Positions 49,041 through 57,904 are shown, counted from the stretch's first letter. The stretch is 64,000 bases of DNA from Firmicutes bacterium CAG:321_26_22 (GCA_001916775.1 MNTB01000030.1:33962-97961), one strand, 5' to 3'. Notes: generated from the sequence alone by a model not told the origin. Made by a program: numbers and translations.

Positions 49041-49934
49041 TTATATTTTTTCTAAGACTCCTAATTCTAAATCTTTTATTGTATATAAGTGCTCAATTTT
49101 ATCATAGGCATCTTCTAGATTCAGTCTAGATTTGTTCCAACCATTTCCATCTGTAATCCAAACAAATTTAACACCATTTAGTTTATTAATTTCATTATTT
49201 AGTTCTACATAACTTTTTGCAGTTTCATTCGGTTTAGATCCTTGTGTTCCATAAAAATTCACTTCCATTACTATTAATTCGTTATTTGAAGGACTCTTAA
49301 AAACAAAATCAAACTTCTTTGTTGCCTTTCCTATTGCACATAGATTTGTTCCATATTCTTTATCAATATCTTTATATTTCATTTGTTTTTGATATGGTAC
49401 TCCAAGTTTTTTTATGAATTCCTCTACTAAGTCTTCCATTATTTTTCCACTGCGATTTTTTCTACTATTTGAATCTAATCCCACTTCTATCCCTATCGCA
49501 TAATCAACAAGATTCTTAATTTTTCTATTACTTATTAAGTCAAATAATCCACTATTTTTTAAAAAATCTGCATAATTGTTGATCGGCTTGTCAATTTCTT
49601 TAAAATCGTAACAAATAAATTTTTCTTCTAGAAATTTAAAGTCCATATCTTTTATGGAATTTAACATATCTACTGTTGATGCATTAATTATATGAAATTT
49701 ATATTCGTGAGTTGCTAATAAAATCGGTATTGATTTCATTATTTCTGGATACTCATTTATTAAGTCAACAAATTCTTCCTCTATATTTTCTTTTCCAATC
49801 AGGCTATTTAATAAGTTTAAATGTCTTTCATAATCTTTGATATTTAAATAAACTTTAGAAAAATCAACAAAAAAATCCGCTGGGGTTATACTTTTTTTTA
49901 ATGATAACATTAGGTCATTAAAATTTCTTTTCAC
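49041..49934 (-). CDS. putative Type II restriction endonuclease (DpnII/MboI-like, GATC-specific) - third gene of the R-M cassette
   Basis: The gene order Dam-like MTase, N6_N4 MTase, then a roughly 290-aa protein mirrors the S. pneumoniae DpnII cassette (dpnM-dpnA-dpnB). Start overlaps the upstream MTase. Confidence 0.5.
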   Translation of the reverse strand: MKRNFNDLMLSLKKSITPADFFVDFSKVYLNIKDYERHLNLLNSLIGKENIEEEFVDLINEYPEIMKSIPILLATHEYKFHIINASTVDMLNSIKDMDFKFLEEKFICYDFKEIDKPINNYADFLKNSGLFDLISNRKIKNLVDYAIGIEVGLDSNSRKNRSGKIMEDLVEEFIKKLGVPYQKQMKYKDIDKEYGTNLCAIGKATKKFDFVFKSPSNNELIVMEVNFYGTQGSKPNETAKSYVELNNEINKLNGVKFVWITDGNGWNKSRLNLEDAYDKIEHLYTIKDLELGVLEKI

Positions 49935-50697
49935 TTATATCACTTTCCTTTCTTCTTATTGTTAAATCTAAATATTCTTTTTCTTTTTCTATTCCTATAT
50001 ATCTTCTTTTTAATCTGCTTGCCGCTATTCCTGTTGTACCGCTTCCATTAAATGGATCTAATATTAAATCATTTTCCTCTGTAGAAGCAAGTATTATTCT
50101 TTCTAATATTTCAATTGGTTTTTGTGTTGGATGTTTACCACAAGTCTTTTCGCTAGGCTTTGTTAAACTAGTTTCCCATACATCTTTCATTTGCTTATTA
50201 TTATTTATTTTTTTCATTAGTGAGTAATTAAACTTATGTTTATTTTTTTTGTCGGCTTTTTTAGCCCAAAGTATTGTTTCAGTAGAATGAGTAAATGCTC
50301 TGCAACTAATATTTGGCGGTGGGTTTAATTTTCTCCAAGTAATGTTATTTATTATTTTAAATCCCTCTTCTTCTAATGCCATTCCTATTGAATAAATATT
50401 ATGCATGGTTCCACTAATCCAAATAGTACCATTTTCTTTTAGTATTTTTTTACATAGTCTAATCCATTTTTTATTAAATTCGTGTTTTTCTTTTATACTA
50501 ATTGCATTGTCCCATGGACCTTTATTAACTGATACCATCTTTCCAGCACTACAAGATATTCCATTATTTGATAAAAAGTATGGTGGATCTGCAAATACCA
50601 TATCAATACTATTTGGCTCTATATTTCTTAGTACTTTTAATGAATCTCCTTGTATTAATTTGAAATTATCTTCTTCATAATAATATTTTTTTATCAT
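49918..50697 (-). CDS. DNA methyltransferase, N6_N4_Mtase family (DpnA-like second methylase)
   Basis: Motif IV DMVFADPPY precedes motif I ILDPFNGSGTTGIAA (beta-class order). Confidence 0.8.
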   Translation of the reverse strand: MIKKYYYEEDNFKLIQGDSLKVLRNIEPNSIDMVFADPPYFLSNNGISCSAGKMVSVNKGPWDNAISIKEKHEFNKKWIRLCKKILKENGTIWISGTMHNIYSIGMALEEEGFKIINNITWRKLNPPPNISCRAFTHSTETILWAKKADKKNKHKFNYSLMKKINNNKQMKDVWETSLTKPSEKTCGKHPTQKPIEILERIILASTEENDLILDPFNGSGTTGIAASRLKRRYIGIEKEKEYLDLTIRRKESDISEKKF

Positions 50698-50714
50698 ATT
50701 ATTTATCCTATATA

Positions 50715-51569
50715 TTATAGGTCAAAGCCTCTTTTATTTTCATAATTTGTAATAATAACTTCTTCTACTTTGCCTCTTTTTTTACCATTGGCGTTGATAC
50801 TTCTCTTTGCTTCTATTAAATGTATATTATAATCTTTATAAAGTTCATTTATTAGTTCAGTATTATGATTAGATAACATTACGTAGCAGCCTTTGTCTGA
50901 TAATTCCCTATATACTCTGGCTAACCTCTTTTGTTGTTCTTTACCAAAGCCATCCTCTGTATAACTATTGAAAGTTGAGGTATCTGAATCATATGGTGGA
51001 TCAAAATATATAAAATCTCCTTTTTTTGCTTCTTTTACTGCTTCTTCAAAATCTGTTGATAATATTTTTATATCATTGTAATTTAAAAATCCACATATAA
51101 TTCCTAAGTTTTGTCCTTCATAGGTATTTACTTTTGTTTTTTTACCAAATGGTACATTAAATTCGTTTTTACTATTTACTCTGTATAATCCATTAAAACA
51201 AGCTTTATTTAAATAAATTGTTCTTGCTGCTCTTTTATAATCTACTACTTTATTAAATTTTTTCTTATCTCTATCCATATTCCTTATTGTATAATAATAT
51301 TCTTCTGAATGTTTCATTTCATGATTATTTAGTTCTCTGCACATTGCTTCAAATTTTTTTTCATCTTTAATGCATTCGTATACATTCATAAGTTCTTTAT
51401 TTGAGTCATTAATAACTGCATTCTTTGGAGATAATTCAAATAGTAATGCTCCCCCTCCAACAAATGGTTCATAATATGTATTAAACTCATCAGGAACATA
51501 TTTTTTTAATTTATCTATTATTTGTCTTTTTCCGCCTGCCCATTTTACAAATGGCCTTCCTTTTATCAT
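50715..51569 (-). CDS. Dam-family (D12 class) DNA adenine methyltransferase, GATC-type (DpnM-like)
   Basis: FVKWAGGKRQI N-terminal hallmark, EPFVGGGALLFEL SAM site, IYFDPPY motif IV. Confidence 0.85.
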   Translation of the reverse strand: MIKGRPFVKWAGGKRQIIDKLKKYVPDEFNTYYEPFVGGGALLFELSPKNAVINDSNKELMNVYECIKDEKKFEAMCRELNNHEMKHSEEYYYTIRNMDRDKKKFNKVVDYKRAARTIYLNKACFNGLYRVNSKNEFNVPFGKKTKVNTYEGQNLGIICGFLNYNDIKILSTDFEEAVKEAKKGDFIYFDPPYDSDTSTFNSYTEDGFGKEQQKRLARVYRELSDKGCYVMLSNHNTELINELYKDYNIHLIEAKRSINANGKKRGKVEEVIITNYENKRGFDL

Positions 51570-51866
51570 TATTTCACCATCCTATGTTTATTATAATCTT
51601 GCTTTCTATACAATTATAACATTTTTTACATGCTAAAAACAAGCGAACACCTAATATTTATTATATTTTTTGCTATGTTTGATAAATGTTTTTATTTATC
51701 CTATTATTTATTAGTATGTAAACAATAAAATTTATATAAAATAAAAAACAGGAAACGTTTAATAGTAATAATTGAGTGTTATTAATAATTTAGTTTCAAC
51801 TGTAAATGCAATATAGTCAATCACAATTCGGTTATTTGTAGAATTTATAATAATTAATATATACTT

Positions 51867-51998
51867 AAAATCAGAGACTATTAAGAGGCTCTGATTTTCT
51901 ATAGAAAGACATTAGGCTTTCTATAGCAGTGAACAACGAAGTGTGAACTCTAAAAAAGAAGGATTTATTTTTTCCTTCTTTTAAATATTTTTACTAGT
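51867..51998 (+). repeat. intergenic double-hairpin repeat, copy F (100-nt perfect direct repeat of copy E)
   Basis: aatcagag-ACTATTAAGAGG-ctctgatt, then ctatagaaag-ACATTAGG-ctttctatag, then GTGAACAACGAAGTGTGAACTC. Confidence 0.8.
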
Positions 51999-52664
51999 TT
52001 TATCTATAAACCATAACAATGGATTTTGTCTCTCTAATTCTTTATCTAAGTTATTATTATTTGTATCTTTATTATCTTTATTGTCATTTCTTTCTCTATT
52101 TTCATCTTCTTTTTCTGGCTCTTTAGTTGTCTCTTTATTATCTTCTTTTAGTTCTTCTACTGGTGGTTTAGTAGTTGTAAACTTACTATAATTATTAGTC
52201 CATGCTGCATCATAATATGTATTTTCTGTTCCTAATGCCATATATAATCCTTTATTATAGTGGTATTTTTTTACTATTGACTCAGTATTTTTAGTTAGTA
52301 ACATTTGCCCTCCGCCATAACCTGCAGTTTCAGTTAGGTAGATATCTTCAGTGTTATATATCTTTGTTCCTACTATGAAAGGTCTGGCTCTAGTTTCTGA
52401 TAGTTTTTCATTTATCATATTTAGAAATCTATCCCACCCCATATCTAGTGTTCTATGAGGACAATATTTATTAGTGTAATCCTGGTGTTTTGTTACTTTA
52501 TCGATATCCCAATTATATCTATTTAATATGTCTACGATTAGGTCAACTGCATTCTGTTCGGCTTTAATAAATCGGTCTCCTCCTGATAATGAATAACATA
52601 TTTCAATGGCTATTCCTTCTCTATTTCCTTTACCATTTCCATCCATATAATCTAATGTTTCCAT
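51981..52664 (-). CDS. N-acetylmuramoyl-L-alanine amidase (Amidase_2/PGRP), exon 2 (C-terminal part) of an intron-split endolysin
   Basis: REGIAIEICYS and KYCPHRT continue the Amidase_2 fold that begins in 53462-53698. The C-terminal linker is rich in K/E/D/N. Confidence 0.7.
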   Translation of the reverse strand: METLDYMDGNGKGNREGIAIEICYSLSGGDRFIKAEQNAVDLIVDILNRYNWDIDKVTKHQDYTNKYCPHRTLDMGWDRFLNMINEKLSETRARPFIVGTKIYNTEDIYLTETAGYGGGQMLLTKNTESIVKKYHYNKGLYMALGTENTYYDAAWTNNYSKFTTTKPPVEELKEDNKETTKEPEKEDENRERNDNKDNKDTNNNNLDKELERQNPLLWFIDKTSKNI

Positions 52665-53467
52665 TAGTACTGACTATCTCTTACATTTTAAAATGCACAC
52701 CCGTTTCGAGTTATGTATCAATAATAACCCTACGAAGCGATTGGGCTTCTAGTCGATACAGGTTCCTTTTTGACAAATTTATATCCACCAATTTGTTTTC
52801 CTATACCATTTATATTTCTTGAAATATGTCTTATATCTAAATTTGTTTCTTTACTTGCTTCATTAATACTCTTATATTCTCTTATAAAGTTGCCTTCTAA
52901 ATCATATTGTAGAATCGGTGTAATATCGGTTGATTTTCTCAAACCAGTCTTATAAGCATGAGTATTATTTTGATAAAGAGTACACCATTCCAAATTATCA
53001 ATATAATTATTTTGTTTATTTCCATCTATGTGATTTACGTATGAATAATTATTTGGATTGGGTATAAACGCTTCAGCCACAAGTTTGTGAATATGTTTGT
53101 TTTTTTCTACCTTGTTTTTTGTTAAACATATTCTCCTGTAGCCTCCATTTATTGTTCCTTGTGTTATTTTTTCTTTTACTTTTATAATATTATATCTTTT
53201 TGTCAAATAATTATATCTGGTGTAATTTCTAGCAAGTATTTTTACATTTCCAAAGTTAGATATTTCGTATAGTCCTTCATAATCTTTTATAGGTTTCCAT
53301 ATTTCTTTCATCACCATCACCCATAAAGATTATATAAAAATAGTAAATATATGTCAATAGGCTTCCCACGGGATTGCCATATCTTAAAGACTTAGGTTTC
53401 CCCGTTAGCACACAAAAATGTGTACCCCACTGATTAATGGAAAAAGTGTGTTCAGGCAATGTTACTT
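52662..53467 (-). mobile_element. group I intron (about 806 nt) carrying an HNH homing-endonuclease ORF, inserted in the endolysin gene
   Basis: Exon 1 ends ...CAGGU. The intron segment GCCUG 10 nt downstream forms P1 with a terminal U-G wobble. The intron ends in G (omega) and an exon 1 + exon 2 join is in frame (...NGWHAG/ETLDYMDGNGKGNREGIAIEI). A P7-like GACTA/TAGTC pair and an AAGAgATAGTC S-like element sit near the 3' end. Confidence 0.65.
52730..53320 (-). CDS. HNH homing endonuclease (NUMOD4 + HNH_3), intron-encoded
   Basis: WKPIKDYEGLYEISNFGNV (NUMOD4) and HIHKLVAEAF...VNHIDGNKQNNYIDNLEW (HNH). Confidence 0.8.
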   Translation of the reverse strand: MMVMKEIWKPIKDYEGLYEISNFGNVKILARNYTRYNYLTKRYNIIKVKEKITQGTINGGYRRICLTKNKVEKNKHIHKLVAEAFIPNPNNYSYVNHIDGNKQNNYIDNLEWCTLYQNNTHAYKTGLRKSTDITPILQYDLEGNFIREYKSINEASKETNLDIRHISRNINGIGKQIGGYKFVKKEPVSTRSPIAS

Positions 53468-53698
53468 ACCTGCGTGCCAACCATTTCTATTTTCAGCCAA
53501 TCCTTGAACTATTTCTTTATCATCTACAGCATAATGAAATGATGTTTCATAGTCATTATTTGTCATATAACTTATTTCATTTCGAGCAGAAGCATCGTTA
53601 GCGGTATTATGAACTACTATTCTAGTTGGTGTCATTTCATAAGGGCATTTTAGATAATATCTACTCTCTGGTACTATCTTCTTTACTATGTTTACCAT
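53462..53698 (-). CDS. N-acetylmuramoyl-L-alanine amidase (Amidase_2), exon 1 (N-terminal part)
   Basis: RIVVHNTANDASARNEISYM...SFHYAVDD...GWHAGK matches the Amidase_2 N-terminus. It stops at a TAA immediately after the predicted 5' splice site. Confidence 0.7.
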   Translation of the reverse strand: MVNIVKKIVPESRYYLKCPYEMTPTRIVVHNTANDASARNEISYMTNNDYETSFHYAVDDKEIVQGLAENRNGWHAGK

Positions 53699-53975
53699 TA
53701 TTTCCCTCCTTTATTAATTTTTCTATATTATGAATAAGATTATATCCTGTTTCGGCGAATAGTCCACTTAAGGTTATGGCTAAATTGAAGTCTTTGGTTA
53801 TTATAAAATAGAATATTGATACTGATAGTCCAATTACTATGTTTTGTATTATTATTAGATTGTTATTTACATAAGGACATCTTTTAGAAATAAAACCAAG
53901 TATCCATGTTAATGTCATAGTAAGTAGGGTTATTACTAGTTCGGTATTTTGATTTATGAATTCCATGTTTTTCAC
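53661..53975 (-). CDS. phage-type holin (104 aa, 2-3 TM helices, charged C-terminus)
   Basis: Hydrophobic helices plus a KEGNNGKHSKEDSTRE tail. Overlaps the amidase start by 38 nt, the classic holin-endolysin arrangement. Confidence 0.6.
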   Translation of the reverse strand: MKNMEFINQNTELVITLLTMTLTWILGFISKRCPYVNNNLIIIQNIVIGLSVSIFYFIITKDFNLAITLSGLFAETGYNLIHNIEKLIKEGNNGKHSKEDSTRE

Positions 53976-54032
53976 CTCTATTCATAATCACTTTATTTTA
54001 TGTGAAATTATTTTTTATTGTAATAGAGATTG

Positions 54033-54062
54033 TCCTTAGAAATAAAAAAAGATTATATTTCT
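54033..54062 (-). terminator. rho-independent terminator downstream of tsaD (ggattata-gaaa-tataatc, then U-run on minus)
   Basis: Hairpin followed by TTTTTTATTT on the minus strand. Confidence 0.55.
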
Positions 54063-54069
54063 ATAATCC

Positions 54070-55086
54070 TTATTTCCACTCTTTATATATGGTGTCTGTT
54101 GCCATAGCATTTAATGTTAGATCAGCAAAGATATTTTTTTGATATGCAAAGTAGGCAGCAGCGGCGATCATGGTAGCGTTATCTGTACAATATTTTAGTT
54201 CAGGGAAAGATATGTGAATGTTTTCTTTTTGACATTCTTCAGTTAGTTTTTCTCTTAAACCGGAGTTTGCTGACACACCACCCGCTACGACAAGATTTGA
54301 TACTTTATATTCTTTTATAGCTTTCATTGTTTTCTTTGTTATTATTCCTACGACTCTATTTTGGAATGTCGTACATAAATTTTCTTTGTTTATGGTGTTT
54401 CCTCTTTGTTCTTCGTTATGTACAAGATTTATGACAGCGGATTTGATACCACTAAAACTAAAGTTATAGGTACTATCGTCTAGAGGATATGGTAAGTTAT
54501 AGGTATCTTTTCCTAGATGGGCTAGTTTATCTACTTTTGGTCCTCCTGGATATTCTAGACCTAATACTTTGGCTACTTTATCGTAACATTCTCCAACAGC
54601 ATCATCTAGAGTACCTCCTATTTTGATAAAGGAATAGTCTTCTTTCATATAGATTAGTTCGGTATGTCCTCCACTTACTACTAAGGCTATTAGAGGGAAT
54701 GTTAATCTTTCTTTTAGGTTGTTGGCATAGATGTGTCCTATGATATGATGAACTGGTATTAATGGTTTTCCTGTTACTAAAGAGATTGTTTTAGCGGCTT
54801 GTACTCCTATTAAAAGACTACCTATTAGTCCTGGACCATATGTTACTCCGATAGCGGTTATGTCTTCTAATTTCATATTTGCTTTAGATAGAAGTTCTTC
54901 TAAAACAATTGTTATGTTTTCAATATGGTTACGACTAGCTATTTCAGGGACTACTCCTCCATAATTTTTATGAATATCTATTTGACTTAGCACAATAGTG
55001 GCTATTTCTTCACTACCATTTTTAACAATACTCATACTTGTTTCATCACAACTTGATTCTATTCCTAATATATATACATCTTTCAT
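54070..55086 (-). CDS. tsaD: tRNA N6-adenosine threonylcarbamoyltransferase TsaD
   Basis: GIESSCDETS, HHIIGHIYAN and VSGGHTEL motifs. Confidence 0.95.
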   Translation of the reverse strand: MKDVYILGIESSCDETSMSIVKNGSEEIATIVLSQIDIHKNYGGVVPEIASRNHIENITIVLEELLSKANMKLEDITAIGVTYGPGLIGSLLIGVQAAKTISLVTGKPLIPVHHIIGHIYANNLKERLTFPLIALVVSGGHTELIYMKEDYSFIKIGGTLDDAVGECYDKVAKVLGLEYPGGPKVDKLAHLGKDTYNLPYPLDDSTYNFSFSGIKSAVINLVHNEEQRGNTINKENLCTTFQNRVVGIITKKTMKAIKEYKVSNLVVAGGVSANSGLREKLTEECQKENIHISFPELKYCTDNATMIAAAAYFAYQKNIFADLTLNAMATDTIYKEWK

Positions 55087-55440
55087 TTACATCACCTGTT
55101 TTTCCATTAGTATAGCATCTTCATCCCCATAATAGAACTTTCTTAGGGCTACTTCTCTAAAGCCAAACTTTTTATAGAGATTTCTGGCTATTTCATTACT
55201 TACTCTTACTTCTAAAGTTATATTTACGACATGTTCTTCGATTGCTATACTTATTAATCTACTCATTAATTTGTTTCCTATTTTTTGACCACGATATTCT
55301 GGCTCAACAAGAATATTATCTATTTCCATGCGATCATAAATAAGGGAATATTTTAGATATCCTAATACTTTATCTTCTTCAATATATTCTATATATTTTA
55401 CATAGGGACTTGGGTCTTCTTTTATTACTTCTCTTAACAT
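55087..55440 (-). CDS. rimI: ribosomal-protein-alanine N-acetyltransferase RimI (GNAT)
   Basis: GNAT acetyl-CoA motif RGQKIGNKLM. Positioned between tsaB and tsaD. Confidence 0.8.
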   Translation of the reverse strand: MLREVIKEDPSPYVKYIEYIEEDKVLGYLKYSLIYDRMEIDNILVEPEYRGQKIGNKLMSRLISIAIEEHVVNITLEVRVSNEIARNLYKKFGFREVALRKFYYGDEDAILMEKQVM

Positions 55441-56018
55441 TTTTTCTCCATAGCTTCGGGTAATTTTAGATAGATTGGGTTCACACCATGTGGATTTTCA
55501 CTTTTTAGTTTCTTAGTATATGATACAATTTGTTCTACTTGATATGGTGTTGTTTGGTCTATAACTACTGGAGAATATTTTTCTTTTAGTTCTTCTACTT
55601 CTTTAAAGGAAGTAAACTTCTCTTCAATAGTATTATATTCTTTGTCATATACGCCAACATAATAATTATTATGTTTGGCATCTATTGTTGTTAGTAAATA
55701 ATTTCCGGTATGACCTAGTACTCTTGCTTTTAAAGATGTTATGGTTACGATTCTTATTTTTTTGATATAAGCAAACATCTTGGCTATGGTTACTCCTATT
55801 CGGATACCAGTAAATGACCCCGGTCCATTTACGACGATTATTTCATCAACATTATCTGGGGATAAGTTATTATTTTTTAGAATATCACTTATATACTTAG
55901 TTACATATATGGAATGTTTTCCTGGTATGTATTCATGTATTTGAGATAATTCTTTTCCTTCTTTTACTAAGGCAATAGATACATCTTCAAGTGATGTATC
56001 TATAAATAAACTTATCAT
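55434..56018 (-). CDS. tsaB: tRNA threonylcarbamoyladenosine biosynthesis protein TsaB
   Basis: N-terminal YgjD-like fold (LFIDTSLEDVSIAL, GPGSFTGIRIGV). Confidence 0.85.
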   Translation of the reverse strand: MISLFIDTSLEDVSIALVKEGKELSQIHEYIPGKHSIYVTKYISDILKNNNLSPDNVDEIIVVNGPGSFTGIRIGVTIAKMFAYIKKIRIVTITSLKARVLGHTGNYLLTTIDAKHNNYYVGVYDKEYNTIEEKFTSFKEVEELKEKYSPVVIDQTTPYQVEQIVSYTKKLKSENPHGVNPIYLKLPEAMEKKC

Positions 56019-56524
56019 ATTATGGCCTCACATATATTTACATATTTTTCCCCATGTGGTTTTAATATTAATACTCTTGTATTATCATCTGCTATTTTGA
56101 TTTTGATATCTAATCTTTCTTCTGGTAAGATATCTTTTATCATATCAGCCCATTCTATTATGGTTACTCCACCTTTATCAAAGTATTCTTCTATTCCTAT
56201 ATCTTCATGTGAATCTTCTAATCTATATACATCCATATGATATAATGGTAATTCTCCGACATACTCTTTTATTATTGTAAATGTTGGAGATGTTATATCG
56301 TCTATTCCCATAGCATGAGCAAATCCTTTAGTAAACATTGTTTTTCCACTACCTAAATCACCATTTAAGCATATTACCATATTAGGAAACTTTTCTGATT
56401 CTATGTTTTGAGCTATTGCTATTGTTTCATTATCACTATGTGATGTTATTTTGTATTCTTCCATCTTTTTTTCACCTTTCTTTTTGTCATATTTATTATA
56501 ACAAATATTACATACAAAATACAA
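56015..56524 (-). CDS. tsaE: tRNA threonylcarbamoyladenosine biosynthesis ATPase TsaE (probable start at the internal Met, MEEYKI)
   Basis: Walker A LNGDLGSGKT, followed by TSPTFTI and YHMDVYRL. Confidence 0.85.
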   Translation of the reverse strand: MYFVCNICYNKYDKKKGEKKMEEYKITSHSDNETIAIAQNIESEKFPNMVICLNGDLGSGKTMFTKGFAHAMGIDDITSPTFTIIKEYVGELPLYHMDVYRLEDSHEDIGIEEYFDKGGVTIIEWADMIKDILPEERLDIKIKIADDNTRVLILKPHGEKYVNICEAII

Positions 56525-56566
56525 TAGTTTTATATTTTTTTTACATTATTATTTTATTTTTAATAT

Positions 56567-56617
56567 CACTGTAAGTCTTAAATAGTCTTACAGTGCTACT
56601 TATAGCCAATTAAATTG
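56567..56617. repeat. hairpin repeat, family 2, copy 2 (cactgtaagtcttaaatagtcttacagtg-CTACTTATAGCCAATT)
   Basis: See 47214-47268. Confidence 0.5.
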
Positions 56618-56779
56618 TCTATAAGTAGTATATCAACCATATCTATTATATAGAAGCAAGAAATATATACTTAAATATTGTTTGTTAGGGAGATAAATAT
56701 TTTTGGCTCACTAACACCACGGAAAACTTAAATTTATTTAAGGCTCCCGTGGAAAAAAATAACCTAGAATTAATCTAGA

Positions 56780-57904
56780 TTATTTTGATTCTTCAAGTGT
56801 TACTTCAGAAGTTAACTCTTTACCATTTCTATTATAAGTAACTGTTACTTTATCTCCTGGATTATGTTTATATAATTCATAACGAAGTTCTGCTACTGAA
56901 GATATTTCTTCTTTTTCTAGTTTAGTTATGATATCACCTTTCTTTAATCCGGCTTTTTCTGCTGGTGAAGATGATACTACTTCTAGAATTGCTACTCCTT
57001 TTTCAACGCCTTTTGGTAAAGTTATTCCAGCCTGCCATAAGTAATAACTATCTGTTATATCTAACATACTTATTCCAATATATGGTCTCTTTACTGATTC
57101 ACCTTTTTCAATGATACCAGCATATGATAGAGCGTCTTCTATTGGGATAGCAAAGCCCATTCCTTCGACACTATAACTTGTTGTTGAACTTGTTTTTTCT
57201 TCTGTAAGCTTTAAAGATGTTACTCCTATTACTTCTCCATTTACATTACATAATGGACCACCACTATTACCTGGATTTAAAGCAGCATCTGTTTGTAATA
57301 CTTTCATATAGTAATCAGAATTACTTCCGGAGAATGATACTGCTACTAAACGATCTTTTCCTGATAGGATTCCTTTAGTTACTGTACCACTATAAGTATC
57401 TCCAAGTGGGGCTCCTACGGCAAAGGTGGTGTCTCCTAATTTTATTTTATCAGTGTTTCCTAACGTTGCTACTTGCTTTATGCTTGCAGCACTTACTGTT
57501 AATACTGCTATGTCTGAATATGTCTCTCCTCCTAAGATTTGAGTATCTGCTGATGTCCCATCACTAAAGATTACTTTAGCAGAATCGCCTCCTGATATAA
57601 CATGATTGTTTGTCATTATATAGGCTGTTGACCCTTCTTTTTTATAGACAAAGCCTGTTCCTGTTGATACTGCTTTACCGTCTTTATAAGTGGCTACTGT
57701 TACAGTGGCATCATATATTTTATCTACTGCTCCGGATATGCTATTTTCGTTTATTGTGTAGTTTCCCCCTTTAGTTACTGAATTTGTTGTACCTCTATTT
57801 AATTGATTTATTACTAGATATGTCCATACTGAACCACCAATAAAAGCTACTAATACTAAAAGAGGTATTATTATTTTATTATTTTTCTTATTCATTATTA
57901 TCAC
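56780..57904 (-). CDS. htrA: HtrA/DegP-family serine protease with a PDZ domain (likely start ATG at 57895)
   Basis: N-terminal TM anchor, GNSGGPL catalytic Ser motif, C-terminal PDZ. Confidence 0.85.
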   Translation of the reverse strand: MIIMNKKNNKIIIPLLVLVAFIGGSVWTYLVINQLNRGTTNSVTKGGNYTINENSISGAVDKIYDATVTVATYKDGKAVSTGTGFVYKKEGSTAYIMTNNHVISGGDSAKVIFSDGTSADTQILGGETYSDIAVLTVSAASIKQVATLGNTDKIKLGDTTFAVGAPLGDTYSGTVTKGILSGKDRLVAVSFSGSNSDYYMKVLQTDAALNPGNSGGPLCNVNGEVIGVTSLKLTEEKTSSTTSYSVEGMGFAIPIEDALSYAGIIEKGESVKRPYIGISMLDITDSYYLWQAGITLPKGVEKGVAILEVVSSSPAEKAGLKKGDIITKLEKEEISSVAELRYELYKHNPGDKVTVTYNRNGKELTSEVTLEESK

